Source of the DNA: Actinomycetota bacterium
GTDB lineage: Bacteria > Actinomycetota > Acidimicrobiia > Acidimicrobiales > WLNW01
DNA length: 52,279 nucleotides
Assembly (NCBI GenBank): GCA_009699605.1
Contig: WLNW01000002.1
Span: 1 to 52,279 of the forward strand
Direction of reading: 5' to 3'
Within the stretch, counting starts at the first letter, position 1, and every line of letters starts with the position of its first letter. Of the stretch, positions 34,781-45,214 are shown one piece after another. The notes below the pieces were generated by a model. It ran no database searches. It was not told where the DNA came from and saw only the letters and a program-made list of their open reading frames with translations. Made by a program: the position numbers and the translations under genes.

Positions 34781-36097
34781 ATGTTGCAGCGACTAGACCT
34801 CCGGGGGCGCGACCTCGGTACCCGCACCGCCGAGACCCGCGCATTGCTCCCCCGACCCGAAGTGGCGGGGGAAGGGCCCACCGTTGCAGTGCGCGAGATC
34901 ATTGCCGCGGTCCGCGGCCGCGGCGACGCGGCGCTGCGTGAGCTCACCGCCCGCTTCGATGGCTGCGACCTTCCCACGGCTCGCGTCCCGTCCGAGGCCG
35001 TCGCGGCGGCGCTCGAGGCGTGCCCAGCTGCGCTGCGCGCCTCGCTCGAGGCGGCGGCCGAGGGCATCCGGGCTTTTCACGAGGCGCAGAACACGCCACC
35101 GCACACCTTCTCGCGCGACGGTCTGCTCATCGAGGGCCGCCACCAGCCGGTCGATCGCGCCGGGTTGTACGTTCCGGGCGGTCGCGCCGTCTATCCGTCC
35201 ACCGTGCTTATGACCGCCATCCCGGCGCGTGTCGCCGGTGTGGCCGAGGTTGTGCTGTGCGTTCCACCGGCCGCCGACGGCAACGTGCCGGCCATCACGC
35301 TCGCGGCGGCTGCATTGGCGGGGGTCGACGAGGTGTACGCCGTGGGCGGCGCGCAAGCCATTGCCGCCATGGCCTATGGCACCGAGACCATTCGCGCCGT
35401 CGATGTGATCGCGGGCCCGGGCAATGTCTTCGTGGCCATCGCCAAACGCGAAGTCGCGGGCATCGTCGGCGTTCCGTCGGCCTTCGCCGGTCCCAGTGAG
35501 ATCGTCGTCATCGCTGACGCGACCACACCGGCGTCGTTGGCCGCGGTTGACGTGATCGTCCAAGCCGAGCATGGTCCGCACGGTCTGGCGTGGCTCGTCA
35601 CGTGGAGCGAAGACGCGGCCGACGCCATCTCGGCCGAGATCGCCCGGCAGGTTGCCGTCGCGCCACGCCGCGCCGACATCGAAGCCACCTTGGCGATGGG
35701 TGGGTGGTGTGCGCTCGTCGATTCGCCCGCCGCGGCCATGATCGTCGCGAACGCCATCGCGCCCGAGCACCTCCAGTTGATGAACGCCGATCCGCAGTCG
35801 TTGGTGCCGCTCGTCCGACACGCCGGCGCGGTGTTCTGCGGGCCGTTGTCGCCGGCGTCCATGGGCGACTACGTCGCGGGGCCGTCGCACGTGCTGCCCA
35901 CCGACGGCACGGCGCGCTTCGCCGGCGCGCTCACCACACGCGATTTCCAGAAGGACATCCACATCGTCACGCTCGATCGCGCAGCCTTCGAACGACTCGG
36001 CCCGCACGTCGAGGCACTCGCGTCCGCCGAAGGACTCGATGCGCACGCCGACTCCATACGCCGCCGGGTGTCGTGGCTCGCGGGAGGCGGCTCGTGA
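34781..36097 (+). CDS. hisD: Histidinol dehydrogenase
   Basis: Conserved segments IDRAGLYVPGG, AVGGAQAIAA, IAGPGN and QAEHGP. Confidence 0.95.
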   Translation: MLQRLDLRGRDLGTRTAETRALLPRPEVAGEGPTVAVREIIAAVRGRGDAALRELTARFDGCDLPTARVPSEAVAAALEACPAALRASLEAAAEGIRAFHEAQNTPPHTFSRDGLLIEGRHQPVDRAGLYVPGGRAVYPSTVLMTAIPARVAGVAEVVLCVPPAADGNVPAITLAAAALAGVDEVYAVGGAQAIAAMAYGTETIRAVDVIAGPGNVFVAIAKREVAGIVGVPSAFAGPSEIVVIADATTPASLAAVDVIVQAEHGPHGLAWLVTWSEDAADAISAEIARQVAVAPRRADIEATLAMGGWCALVDSPAAAMIVANAIAPEHLQLMNADPQSLVPLVRHAGAVFCGPLSPASMGDYVAGPSHVLPTDGTARFAGALTTRDFQKDIHIVTLDRAAFERLGPHVEALASAEGLDAHADSIRRRVSWLAGGGS

Positions 36098-37221
36098 GCC
36101 GCCCACGCGTACGCGACGACCTTGCATTGGTCGAGGGCTATCACTCACCTCAGGTGTCGGTCGACGTGCGGCTCAACACCAACGAGTCGCCCATCGCTCC
36201 ACCGGCCGCATTCACCGAACAGTTCACGGCCGCCGTCGCGACCATCGAATGGCACCGCTACCCAGATCGCTCCGCTTCGGCGTTGCGCGCCAAGCTCGCG
36301 TCGCACTATGGCGTGCGCGCCGAACAGGTCTTCGTGGCCAACGGCTCCAATGAAGTCCTGCAATGTCTCCTGCTGGCATACGGCGGGACGGGCCGTCGCG
36401 CCGCGGTATTCGAACCCACGTACGCCTTACACAGCCACATTGCCCGCGTCGTTGGCACCGAGGTCGTGGTCGGGCAACGTACCGAGCAGTTCGACCTGGA
36501 TCTCGACGTCGTGCGCGAGGTGATCACGGCCAATCAGCCCGAAGTCGTGTTCCTGTGTTCGCCGAATAACCCCACCGGTGTGGTCGATCCGCCCGAGACC
36601 GTGCGCACCGTGCTCGACCTCACCCGCGACTATGGCGGGCTGGTCATCGTCGACGAGGCCTACGGCCAGTTCACTCCGACATCCGCGGTGTCGCTCATCG
36701 ATGAGCACGAAGCGCTCGTGGTTTCGCGCACGTTCTCGAAGACGTGGTCGCTTGCGGCGTTGCGCTTGGGTTATTGCATTGGGCCATCGTGGCTCATCGC
36801 ATCGCTCGAAGATGTCGCGTTGCCATATCATCTCGACGCGGTCAAGCAACTGGCGGGCACCATCGCGCTCGACTTCCGCAAGGAGATGGACGAGCGCGTG
36901 AGCTTCCTCGTCGAAGAGCGCGGCCGGCTGGCTACCGCACTCGCCGATCTGCCGGTCTCCGTGTGGCCCTCGGGGGCCAACTTCGTCCTGTTCCGCCCCG
37001 AGAACCGCGCGGGCGCCGAAGTGTGGCAGGAACTCGTCGATCGTTCGGTGCTCGTGCGCAACTGCGCATCGTGGCCCGGGCTCGACGGATGCCTACGCGT
37101 CACGGTGGGTACCCGGCGCGAGAACGAAGCGTTCCTCACCGCCCTCGCGGACGTGCTCCGAGCCAGCTCGGTACTCGGCTCCGCATCTCGATCACCTGTT
37201 CCAGGGAAGGAATCGGCATGA
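36094..37221 (+). CDS. hisC: Histidinol-phosphate aminotransferase
   Basis: LNTNESP, NGSNE, PNNPTG and the PLP-lysine region SRTFSKTWSLA. GTGA overlap with hisD. Confidence 0.95.
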   Translation: MSRPRVRDDLALVEGYHSPQVSVDVRLNTNESPIAPPAAFTEQFTAAVATIEWHRYPDRSASALRAKLASHYGVRAEQVFVANGSNEVLQCLLLAYGGTGRRAAVFEPTYALHSHIARVVGTEVVVGQRTEQFDLDLDVVREVITANQPEVVFLCSPNNPTGVVDPPETVRTVLDLTRDYGGLVIVDEAYGQFTPTSAVSLIDEHEALVVSRTFSKTWSLAALRLGYCIGPSWLIASLEDVALPYHLDAVKQLAGTIALDFRKEMDERVSFLVEERGRLATALADLPVSVWPSGANFVLFRPENRAGAEVWQELVDRSVLVRNCASWPGLDGCLRVTVGTRRENEAFLTALADVLRASSVLGSASRSPVPGKESA

Positions 37222-37808
37222 GTCGCTACGCCGAGAAGTCGCGCGCCACAAAGGAAACCTCGATCGACATCTGCCTCGAACTCGATGGCACCGGCGCGGT
37301 CAGGGTGTCGACCGGTCTGCCCTTCTTCGACCACATGCTCGCGCAGCTCGGTAAGCACGGCGGGTTCGATCTGCAGATCACGGCGGTCGGTGATCTGGAG
37401 ATCGACGCGCACCACACGGTGGAGGACACCGGCATCCTCCTCGGCGAGCTGTTTCGTGTCGCGCTCGGCGACAAGGTGGGAGTGCGCCGTTTTGCGTCCA
37501 TCGCGGTGCCCCTTGACGAAGCACTGGTCGAGATCGCGCTCGACCTCTCCGGGCGGCCGTACTTCCACTACGAGGTCGACTTCCCCGGCGAGAAGATCCT
37601 CGGCGATCCACCGTTCGACCCCCAGCTCGTCGAGGAGTTCTGGCGCGCGTTCGTGGTCGCTAGCGCGATCACGTTGCACGTCACTTCCATACGGGGACGC
37701 AACACCCATCACCTCATCGAGGCCACCTTCAAGGGCATCGCCCGAGCGCTCCGCGACGCGGTGCGCGTCGATGGCACAGAGCTGCCGTCGACCAAGGGCG
37801 TGCTGTGA
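37218..37808 (+). CDS. hisB: Imidazoleglycerol-phosphate dehydratase
   Basis: TKETSI, FFDHML, DAHHTVEDTGI and NTHHLIEA. ATGA overlap with hisC. Confidence 0.95.
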   Translation: MSRYAEKSRATKETSIDICLELDGTGAVRVSTGLPFFDHMLAQLGKHGGFDLQITAVGDLEIDAHHTVEDTGILLGELFRVALGDKVGVRRFASIAVPLDEALVEIALDLSGRPYFHYEVDFPGEKILGDPPFDPQLVEEFWRAFVVASAITLHVTSIRGRNTHHLIEATFKGIARALRDAVRVDGTELPSTKGVL

Positions 37809-38458
37809 GCAGCAGCGCCACGGTCGATCGACCGCGCATCGCCGTTCTCGACTACGGCATCGGCAATCTGCGGTCGGCGCAGAAGGCGCTCGAGCACGTC
37901 GGTGCCGACGCCGTGCTCACCGCCGATCCGGCCGAGGTGGCCGCCGCACACGCGGTCGTGCTGCCCGGTGTTGGCGCGTTCGGCGCATGTATGGCCGCGC
38001 TTCGCGACTGCGGGCTCGACGGTGTCGCCCGACGCGCCGTGGCTTCGGGTCGACCGTTTCTCGGCATATGCGTCGGCATGCAGATGCTGTTCGACGAAAG
38101 CACCGAATCACCCGGCACTTCCGGCCTCGGCGTGTTTCCGGGCGTCGTCGACATCCTGCCGGGTGAGGTGAAGCGTCCCCAGATGCAGTGGAACATCTTG
38201 CGCCCCCGCGTGGCCGACCCGTTGCTCGCTGGCCTCGAGCGCGACGCGTGGGTCTACTTCGTGCACTCCTACGCCGCGCCCGATGGCGACATATGCATCG
38301 CCACGTGCGAGTACGGCAGCGACGTAGTCGCCATGGTCCGTCGCGACCAGGTGTGGGCCACGCAGTTCCATCCCGAGAAGTCGGGTGCCACCGGGCTTCG
38401 TCTGCTTACCAACTTCGTTGATCTCGTCCGCTCCGCCCGAACGCCGAAGGTCGGCTGA
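37805..38458 (+). CDS. hisH: Imidazole glycerol phosphate synthase, glutaminase subunit
   Basis: [24 protein letters not shown] and [11 protein letters not shown] overlap with hisB. Confidence 0.95.
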   Translation: MSSSATVDRPRIAVLDYGIGNLRSAQKALEHVGADAVLTADPAEVAAAHAVVLPGVGAFGACMAALRDCGLDGVARRAVASGRPFLGICVGMQMLFDESTESPGTSGLGVFPGVVDILPGEVKRPQMQWNILRPRVADPLLAGLERDAWVYFVHSYAAPDGDICIATCEYGSDVVAMVRRDQVWATQFHPEKSGATGLRLLTNFVDLVRSARTPKVG

Positions 38459-39189
38459 TGGATCTCTTCCCGGCCATCGATCTGCGCAACGGAAAATGCG
38501 TGCGGCTCTACCAGGGCGACTACGGGCGCGAGACCGTCTACGGCGACGACCCCGTTTCGCAGGCGCTCGCATTCGTCGCGGCCGGTGCCCCGTGGGTCCA
38601 CGTGGTCGACCTCGACGCGGCGCGCACCGGCGAGCCGCTGAACCGTTCGGTCATCGCGGCCATCGCCGCGGCGATATCGGTGCCGTTGCAGGTTGGCGGT
38701 GGCGTGCGCGACGAACGTTCTGCCAAGGCGCTCTTCGACGCGGGCGTCACGCGCGTGGTGATCGGAACTGCGGCGCTCGAGGATCCAGCGTTCGTGCGGC
38801 GGCTCGCGGCCCGGCATCGCGTTGCAGTGGGTCTCGACACGAAGGGCCGCGAGGTCGCCGTGCGCGGTTGGGTCGACGGATCAGGTCGCGACGTGATCGA
38901 CGTCGCGGCCGAGTTTGTCGACGACGGCGTCGAGGCGCTCGTGATCACCCAGATCGCTCGCGACGGCACGCTGGAAGGGCCCGATCTCGAAGGTCTCGCC
39001 GAGATGCTCGAGGCGTCGCCTATTCCGGTCGTCGCGTCCGGGGGCGTGGGCACCCTCGCCCACATCAGCTCACTCGTCGGCCTGCACGTGGGCACTCGTC
39101 AACTTTCTGGCGTCATCGTGGGACGAGCGCTCTACGAGCGCGAGTTCACGATCGAGGCCGCGATCGCGGCTACCAGGGCCGGTGCATGA
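38458..39189 (+). CDS. hisA: ProFAR isomerase (HisA; PriA-type dual specificity not established)
   Basis: [29 protein letters not shown] and SGGVG. It overlaps the hisH stop by 1 nt. Confidence 0.9.
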   Translation: MDLFPAIDLRNGKCVRLYQGDYGRETVYGDDPVSQALAFVAAGAPWVHVVDLDAARTGEPLNRSVIAAIAAAISVPLQVGGGVRDERSAKALFDAGVTRVVIGTAALEDPAFVRRLAARHRVAVGLDTKGREVAVRGWVDGSGRDVIDVAAEFVDDGVEALVITQIARDGTLEGPDLEGLAEMLEASPIPVVASGGVGTLAHISSLVGLHVGTRQLSGVIVGRALYEREFTIEAAIAATRAGA

Positions 39190-39962
39190 TGCGCGTTGCG
39201 CGGGTGATCCCCTGTCTTGATGTCACTGCAGGCCGAGTAGTGAAGGGCGTCAACTTCGTCGACCTGCGCGACGCCGGTGATCCGGTCGAGCTTGCGGCGC
39301 GCTACGACGCCGAGGGAGCGGACGAGCTTGTGTTCCTCGACATCACCGCGTCGAGCGACGCACGCGACACCATGGTCGATGTTGTACGCCACACCGCCGA
39401 ACAGGTCTTCATCCCGCTCACGGTCGGGGGCGGCATCCGAACCGTCGACGACGCCCGTCGCATGCTGCGTTCCGGCGCTGACAAGGTGTCGGTGAACACC
39501 GCAGCTGTCGTGCGACCGGTGGTCATCAGCGAGATCGCGTTTGAGTTCGGTGCGCAGTGTGTGGTGTGTGCCATCGATGTGCGTCGGTCCGCCGGAGCCG
39601 ATGCGCCACCTAGCGGCTTCGAGGTGTTCACGCATGGCGGCCGCACCCCAACGGGTATCGACGCGGTGGAGTGGGCGATCCGAGCCGAGCAACTAGGCGC
39701 GGGCGAGATCCTGCTCACCTCAATGGACCGCGACGGCACACGCGACGGCTTCGATCTTCCGCTCACGCGGGCAATCAGCGACGCGGTCGGCGTTCCGGTG
39801 ATCGCCAGCGGTGGCGTCGGCAACCTCGATCATCTCGCCGACGGCGTCCTCGACGGTCACGCCGACGCCGTGCTCGCTGCGTCGATCTTCCACTTCGGCG
39901 AGCACACCGTGCGTGAGGCGAAGCGTCACCTCGCGTCGCGAGGTATCACTGTTCGTCCGTGA
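39186..39962 (+). CDS. hisF: Imidazole glycerol phosphate synthase, cyclase subunit
   Basis: [35 protein letters not shown] and IASGGVG. ATGA overlap with hisA. Confidence 0.95.
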   Translation: MMRVARVIPCLDVTAGRVVKGVNFVDLRDAGDPVELAARYDAEGADELVFLDITASSDARDTMVDVVRHTAEQVFIPLTVGGGIRTVDDARRMLRSGADKVSVNTAAVVRPVVISEIAFEFGAQCVVCAIDVRRSAGADAPPSGFEVFTHGGRTPTGIDAVEWAIRAEQLGAGEILLTSMDRDGTRDGFDLPLTRAISDAVGVPVIASGGVGNLDHLADGVLDGHADAVLAASIFHFGEHTVREAKRHLASRGITVRP

Positions 39963-40590
39963 CGATCTGGGTCACGATTTCGGCCACGCGAGAGGTGGCG
40001 CCGGCGAAGAAGTGGTCGGCCATCTCGACCGGGTGCACGATGACGTTTCGCCAACCGGCGGTGATCGCGCGCAGCGTCTCGGGTGATGCGTGCTGGTCGT
40101 GCACGCCGACGATGAGGTGCTTCGGCCGTGCGTCGACCGCGGCGACGTACAGTTCGTCAGGGAATAGCCGTAGTGGTGGCGCGATCACGATCCATGCGGC
40201 GAGGCGCCCGTGCGCGCTGGTCAGCGCCACATCGGCACCGAACGAATACCCGCACGCGAACAGCGGCACGGTGGTGTCGAGCGCGGCCGCGGCGTCGAGC
40301 GCCGCGAGGTAGTCGGCGCGTTCGTGGGTCCCACCGGAATGCGTACCGCCACTGGCACCGACCCCGCGAAAGTTGAAGCGCACCGTGACTGCGCCCAATG
40401 CGACGAGCCCGCGCTGCAACGCACCGACGACGTTGTTGTGCAGGTCGCCGCCGTACTGGGGATGCGGATGCGCGATCGCTGCGACCGCTCGGGTGCTCGT
40501 GGTCGGAGTGGGTCGGTCGATCACCGTTTCGAGCACGGTGCCGTCGCTGCTGGTGATGGTGCCAGCTTGGGGGTCGAGGTCGTCGCTCAT
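39946..40590 (-). CDS. Alpha/beta hydrolase fold protein (214 aa)
   Basis: [17 protein letters not shown] and the nucleophile elbow GYSFGA. ATG 40590. Its 3' end overlaps the hisF 3' end by 17 nt. Confidence 0.7.
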   Translation of the reverse strand: MSDDLDPQAGTITSSDGTVLETVIDRPTPTTSTRAVAAIAHPHPQYGGDLHNNVVGALQRGLVALGAVTVRFNFRGVGASGGTHSGGTHERADYLAALDAAAALDTTVPLFACGYSFGADVALTSAHGRLAAWIVIAPPLRLFPDELYVAAVDARPKHLIVGVHDQHASPETLRAITAGWRNVIVHPVEMADHFFAGATSRVAEIVTQIVTDEQ

Positions 40591-40641
40591 GGGTGTGACA
40601 CGGTACCGTTTACCCCCGTGACCACGGACGATCGCCTCCCC

Positions 40642-40944
40642 ATGAAGATGCTTGCCGATCGGATCCTCGTGAAGATCGAGGGCCCCGATGGCGAGCGTCG
40701 TTCGTCGGGCGGCATCCTCATCCCGGCCACGGCGCAGCTCAGCAAGCGGCTCACCTGGGCCGAGGTCGTGGCCGTGGGCCCGAACGTGCGCACCATGGAG
40801 AGCGGCGACCGTGTGCTGTTCAGCCCCGAGGACCGCTACGAGGTCGAGGTCCGCGGCGACGACTACATCATCCTGCGCGAGCGCGACGTCCATGCGGTCG
40901 CGGCCAAGCGTCTCGATTCCGAAGGAACCGGCCTCTACCTGTAG
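40642..40944 (+). CDS. GroES/Cpn10-fold protein with a C-terminal extension ending G-L-Y-L
   Basis: MKMLADRILVKIEG...SSGGILIPATA...AEVVAVGP...GDRVLFS...DYIILRERDVHAV follows the Cpn10 pattern with a short mobile loop. A 13-residue tail, AKRLDSEGTGLYL, is added. Confidence 0.75.
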   Translation: MKMLADRILVKIEGPDGERRSSGGILIPATAQLSKRLTWAEVVAVGPNVRTMESGDRVLFSPEDRYEVEVRGDDYIILRERDVHAVAAKRLDSEGTGLYL

Positions 40945-41012
40945 CGCATCAGCGCTTCGTGCCGCAGCACCGCGACAATTCGCTGGTCGGGTCACTGGGC
41001 GCCACCTCTAAC

Positions 41013-41378
41013 ATGACGCCCATGCTCGCTGTCACCCCTATCACCGCATCGGACGAGGAGCTGGCAACGATCAAGTTCGATGCCAACGGCCTCGTCACCA
41101 CTGTCGTCCAGGACATCGTCACCAAAGGCGTGCTCATGGTCGCCTGGATGAACGCCGAAACGTTGCGCACGTCGCTCGAGCAGGGCCGCACCGTGTTCTG
41201 GAGTCGTAGCCGGCAGGAGGTGTGGCGCAAGGGCGACACGTCCGGCGACCGCCAGTTCATTCGCGAGGCCTACTACGACTGCGATGGCGACACGCTGTTG
41301 ATGTTGGTCGAACAAGAGGGCAAGGGTGCGTGCCACACCGGCGAGTACTCCTGCTTCTACCGGCCTTTCGGCGCCTGA
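41013..41378 (+). CDS. hisI: Phosphoribosyl-AMP cyclohydrolase
   Basis: GLVTTVVQD, MVAWMN.E, WSRSRQEVWRKGDTSG, DCDGDTLL and GACHTGE.SCFY. The start is ATG 41013 (the ORF is open from 40959). Confidence 0.9.
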   Translation: MTPMLAVTPITASDEELATIKFDANGLVTTVVQDIVTKGVLMVAWMNAETLRTSLEQGRTVFWSRSRQEVWRKGDTSGDRQFIREAYYDCDGDTLLMLVEQEGKGACHTGEYSCFYRPFGA

Positions 41379-41380
41379 CG

Positions 41381-42922
41381 ATGGCATCGCCGACCCGCGC
41401 TGAGTTCCACGCGCTCGCCCGCAACCACCGGGTCGTGCCCGTGTGGCGAACCCTGTTGGCCGATCTCACCACGCCGGTCGCGGCGTTCGCTCGACTCGTC
41501 GGTGACGGTGACGGTTTTCTTCTCGAGTCGGTCGAACACGGCGAGCGTTGGAGTCGGTGGTCCTTCATCGGCCGCAACCCGTTGGTCACCCTGCGGCTGC
41601 GCGACGGCGTGGTCGAGGTCGAAGGTGACGTCCCCGACAGCATGCCCCGCGACCGCGGAATGCTGTCGGCGCTCGACGAACTGCTGCGCATCTACCGATC
41701 ACCGGTCATCGACGAGCTCCCGCCGCTGCACAGCGGACTCATCGGCTACCTCGGCTACGACATCGTGCGCGAGGTCGAACGGCTCCCGAACGTGAACCCC
41801 GATCCGGTCGGCGCTCCCGACGCGGTGATGTCCATCATCGGCGATGTCGCGGCCTACGACCACTGGCGCCAGCGCGTCATGCTCATCACCAACGTGCTCC
41901 TCGACGAGTCACCGACCGACGCCGCAATGGACGCCGCATACGACCTCGCGACGGCTCGCCTCGAACGCATGGCGACCGACGGCGCGCAACCGGTCGACGA
42001 GCCGTTGTTCGAACCACCCGACCCTGCCGACGAGCTCCCGGCGGTCACGTCGTCCATGGGCAAGGCCGTGTACTGCGCGGCCGTCGATGCCGCGAAGGAG
42101 TACATCCTCGCGGGCGACATCTTCCAGGTCGTTCTCGCGCAGCGGTTCTCGTTGTCGCTAGACGCCGACCCGTTTGACTTCTACCGCGTGCTCCGCCAGG
42201 TCAATCCCAGCCCGTACATGTACTTCTTGCGCCTGCCCGAGGTCACGATCGCCGGTTCGTCCCCCGAGCCGATGGTGCGTCTCGACAACGGCCGCGTTAT
42301 CTCGCGGCCCATCGCCGGAACACGTCGGCGAGGTAAGACCGAAGAGGACGATCGTCGCCTGGCGGCCGAGCTCATCGAACACCCCAAAGAGCTCGCCGAG
42401 CACGTGATGCTCGTCGACCTGGCCCGCAACGATGTCGGGCGCGTCGTGCAGTTCGGTACCGAGAAGGTCGACGAGATGATGACGCTCGAGCGCTACAGCC
42501 ACGTCATGCACATCACCTCGCAGGTCTCGGGCGATCTCGCACCGGGCAAGTCACCCATCGACGTGTTGCGCGCGACGCTCCCCGCGGGCACCGTGTCCGG
42601 CGCGCCGAAGGTGCGAGCCATGGAGATCATCGACGAGCTCGAGCCGGTGAAGCGGGGCATCTACGCCGGTACCATCGGCTACATCGACTTCTCCGGCAAC
42701 ATCGACACCGCGATCGCGATCCGCACCATGGTCGTATGCGGCAACGAGGCCTGGGTGCAGGCCGGTGCGGGTGTCGTCGCCGACAGCGTGCCCGAGCAAG
42801 AACACCTCGAGTGCGAGAATAAGGCCCGCGCGTTGCTGGCCGCCGTGCCAGCCGCTCGCCGCATGACCGCGCAGCGTCGTTCGGAAGCGGCACGCCGCGC
42901 TGCGGCAAAGGCGTCGTCATGA
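41381..42922 (+). CDS. trpE: Anthranilate synthase component I
   Basis: LLESVEHGERWSR.SFIG, the Trp-feedback region, and the chorismate-binding motifs PSPYMYF, GTVSGAPK, GIYAGTIGY and AGAGVVADS. Confidence 0.95.
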   Translation: MASPTRAEFHALARNHRVVPVWRTLLADLTTPVAAFARLVGDGDGFLLESVEHGERWSRWSFIGRNPLVTLRLRDGVVEVEGDVPDSMPRDRGMLSALDELLRIYRSPVIDELPPLHSGLIGYLGYDIVREVERLPNVNPDPVGAPDAVMSIIGDVAAYDHWRQRVMLITNVLLDESPTDAAMDAAYDLATARLERMATDGAQPVDEPLFEPPDPADELPAVTSSMGKAVYCAAVDAAKEYILAGDIFQVVLAQRFSLSLDADPFDFYRVLRQVNPSPYMYFLRLPEVTIAGSSPEPMVRLDNGRVISRPIAGTRRRGKTEEDDRRLAAELIEHPKELAEHVMLVDLARNDVGRVVQFGTEKVDEMMTLERYSHVMHITSQVSGDLAPGKSPIDVLRATLPAGTVSGAPKVRAMEIIDELEPVKRGIYAGTIGYIDFSGNIDTAIAIRTMVVCGNEAWVQAGAGVVADSVPEQEHLECENKARALLAAVPAARRMTAQRRSEAARRAAAKASS

Positions 42923-43755
42923 CCGACGCGTTCGCAGTTCGCCTCGAGCGTGACATCGTTCGCGTCAGCGGTCCCGACGCGGCCACGTACCTGCAAGGCC
43001 AGCTCAGCCAGGATGTGCAGAGCCTGCCCAACGACGCGTGCGCGTACACCTTCGTGCTGCAGCCGCAGGGCAAGGTCGATGCCTGGTTCCGCATTACCCG
43101 CCTCGCCGAGGATTCGTTCGTGTGCGATGTCGACGCGGGATACGGGTCGGTCATCGTCACCCGACTTTTGCGTTTCAAGCTGCGGGTGAAGGTCGACATC
43201 GAGCTCCTGCCGTGGCAGTTCGTCGCAGTGCGCGGTGTCGCTTCGTCCGACATCGACGGAGCGGCGCTCGGTGCCTCGATCTCTGTACCGGTCACCTGGG
43301 GCGGTACGCAAGGCGTCGATTTGCTCGGTCCGGCAGTGGCGCTGCCGGCCGGCGTCGGGGCGGGCGATGCCGATGCCTACGAGACGTGGCGCGTTGCTGT
43401 CGGCATGCCGGCGATGGGTCCTGAACTCGACGAGTCGACGATTCCCGCCGAGGCGGGCGTGGTCGACATCAGTGTCAGCTTCACCAAGGGTTGCTACACG
43501 GGCCAGGAGCTCGTGGCTCGTGTCGACAGTCGCGGCAATCGCACACCTCGCAAGCTCCGCCGCGTGGTGCTCCCACCCGGGCTCCAGGCCGCGCCGGGCG
43601 CCACGTTGTCGGCCGAGGATGGCCACGAGGTTGGCGTTCTCACCTCCGTCGGCGGCCCGTTCGCGTTGGCCTACCTGCGCCGGGAGGTCGAACCTCCGGC
43701 CACGGTCACGCTCGCCGGCCACTCCGTGAACATCGAGGTCCTCCCCACCCCCTGA
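42919..43755 (+). CDS. ygfZ: Folate-binding GcvT-fold protein (YgfZ family)
   Basis: YLQGQLSQD and the signature KGCYTGQELVARV. ATGA overlap with trpE. Confidence 0.8.
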   Translation: MTDAFAVRLERDIVRVSGPDAATYLQGQLSQDVQSLPNDACAYTFVLQPQGKVDAWFRITRLAEDSFVCDVDAGYGSVIVTRLLRFKLRVKVDIELLPWQFVAVRGVASSDIDGAALGASISVPVTWGGTQGVDLLGPAVALPAGVGAGDADAYETWRVAVGMPAMGPELDESTIPAEAGVVDISVSFTKGCYTGQELVARVDSRGNRTPRKLRRVVLPPGLQAAPGATLSAEDGHEVGVLTSVGGPFALAYLRREVEPPATVTLAGHSVNIEVLPTP

Positions 43756-43807
43756 CCCGGCCCTGGTCGAATGGGCTCTTGTGCGGGCAGGGGGAGCCCG
43801 AGGGAGG

Positions 43808-45208
43808 TCATGCCGGGCGGAGGGCGACGAGCATCTGGGTGCCGCGGCCGGTTTCGGGGACGGGTGAGCGAGCGTGCACTTGCCCGCCCATGGTTTCGGC
43901 GAGCTCACCCACGATGGCCAGACCGAGACCGCTACCGGTCTCCTTGGGTAGCGGGCGATGGCGCGCCACGTAGAGGCGCTCGAACACGTGCGGGAGATCC
44001 TCAGGGGCGATGCCCGGCCCGTCGTCGGCCACGGATAGCACCACCCAGCCGTTGTCGGCCCGGAGCGACACGTCGACGCGCGAACCGGCGAACTTCAAGG
44101 CGTTCTCGACCAGGTTGGCAAGGATCTGTGCCAGGCGGTCGCCGTCGACGAGCGCAAGAAGCGGCTCGGGCGGTGTGTCGACGCCCAGCGTGAGACCGCG
44201 TTCGATGGCGCGGGGCTCGAACCCGTGGGTCGAGGCCTGCACGATCGGCACGAGATCGAGCGGCCGGACGTCGAAGGTGAACGCTCGCGCGTCGAGCCGG
44301 GCGAGCAGGAGGAGGTCGGTCACCAGCCGGTCGAGGCGGCGCGATTCGGACAGGATGACCTGGCCGGCGCGTTGCGGCTCGATGGCCTGGTCGGTGAGGG
44401 CCTCTGCGTAACCCTGGATCGAGGCCATGGGGGTGCGCAGGTCGTGCGAGACCGACATGAGGAACTGGCGCTCGAGGCCGCGGCTGCGTTCGAGACTGGC
44501 GGCCATCGCGTTGATCGAGCGCGAGAGCTCCGACATCTCGTCGGTCGCTCCGGGGTGTGGGTCGTCGACGCGCGCGGCGAGGTCGCCATTGGCAATGCGG
44601 CTCGTGGCGTCGCGCGCGTCAACGAGCGGGTTGGTCAGCCGCCGCGACAATCGGGTGGCGATCAAGGCGCCGGCCAGCAGCGTCCCAGCCGCTGCGAGCA
44701 GGAACCACCGTGCCGCCGGTGCGGCCGAACTGGCCGGCTTGCGGGCGAGAACTATCACGTAGCTGCCCAGCCGGCTCGTGCCCGGTGCGGCCGCGTACAC
44801 GATGCCATTCCTCTTGCCGGAGACGCGAGTGCCGGCTTCGAGCGATGCCATGTCGATCTTGGAAAGGGTGATGCCGATCGGTGTCTCGCCCTCGAGGTTG
44901 GCGAAGGATGTTCCGTACAGGAATCCGATGTCGTCGAGCTTGAGGTTGGTGGTGAAGTTCTTCAGTCGCGTGCGGACCGCGGCGCGCTGTTGCGGGCTCG
45001 TAGGGCTGTTGGGGCCCGTGTTCCCGGGACGCAGCGCGAGAATGTTGAGTTCGTCGAACACCGACGCCAGCGCGGTGGCCTGCTCCTCGAGGTCGCGCTT
45101 CGTCGCCTCTGTGGCCCCGAAGCGGGCCAGCAACAAGGTGCCGGCGCCCGCGAACAGCAGCGTCGCGAGCACCGTGCCGCAGATGGTGAGCAGCAATCGC
45201 CGGCGCAC
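43808..45208 (-). CDS. Sensor histidine kinase (TM, periplasmic-type sensor, TM, HAMP, HisKA, HATPase_c)
   Basis: H-box MSVSHDLRTPM, N-box LVENALKF and G-boxes DDGPGI and GSGLGLAIV. GTG start. Confidence 0.9.
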   Translation of the reverse strand: MRRRLLLTICGTVLATLLFAGAGTLLLARFGATEATKRDLEEQATALASVFDELNILALRPGNTGPNSPTSPQQRAAVRTRLKNFTTNLKLDDIGFLYGTSFANLEGETPIGITLSKIDMASLEAGTRVSGKRNGIVYAAAPGTSRLGSYVIVLARKPASSAAPAARWFLLAAAGTLLAGALIATRLSRRLTNPLVDARDATSRIANGDLAARVDDPHPGATDEMSELSRSINAMAASLERSRGLERQFLMSVSHDLRTPMASIQGYAEALTDQAIEPQRAGQVILSESRRLDRLVTDLLLLARLDARAFTFDVRPLDLVPIVQASTHGFEPRAIERGLTLGVDTPPEPLLALVDGDRLAQILANLVENALKFAGSRVDVSLRADNGWVVLSVADDGPGIAPEDLPHVFERLYVARHRPLPKETGSGLGLAIVGELAETMGGQVHARSPVPETGRGTQMLVALRPA

Positions 45209-45214
45209 AGCGAC

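Noticed and set aside
38458-39189. Calling the hisA-locus gene a bifunctional PriA
   Set aside because: A dedicated trpF is present at 47440-48099, so dual function cannot be inferred from context. I left it as hisA.
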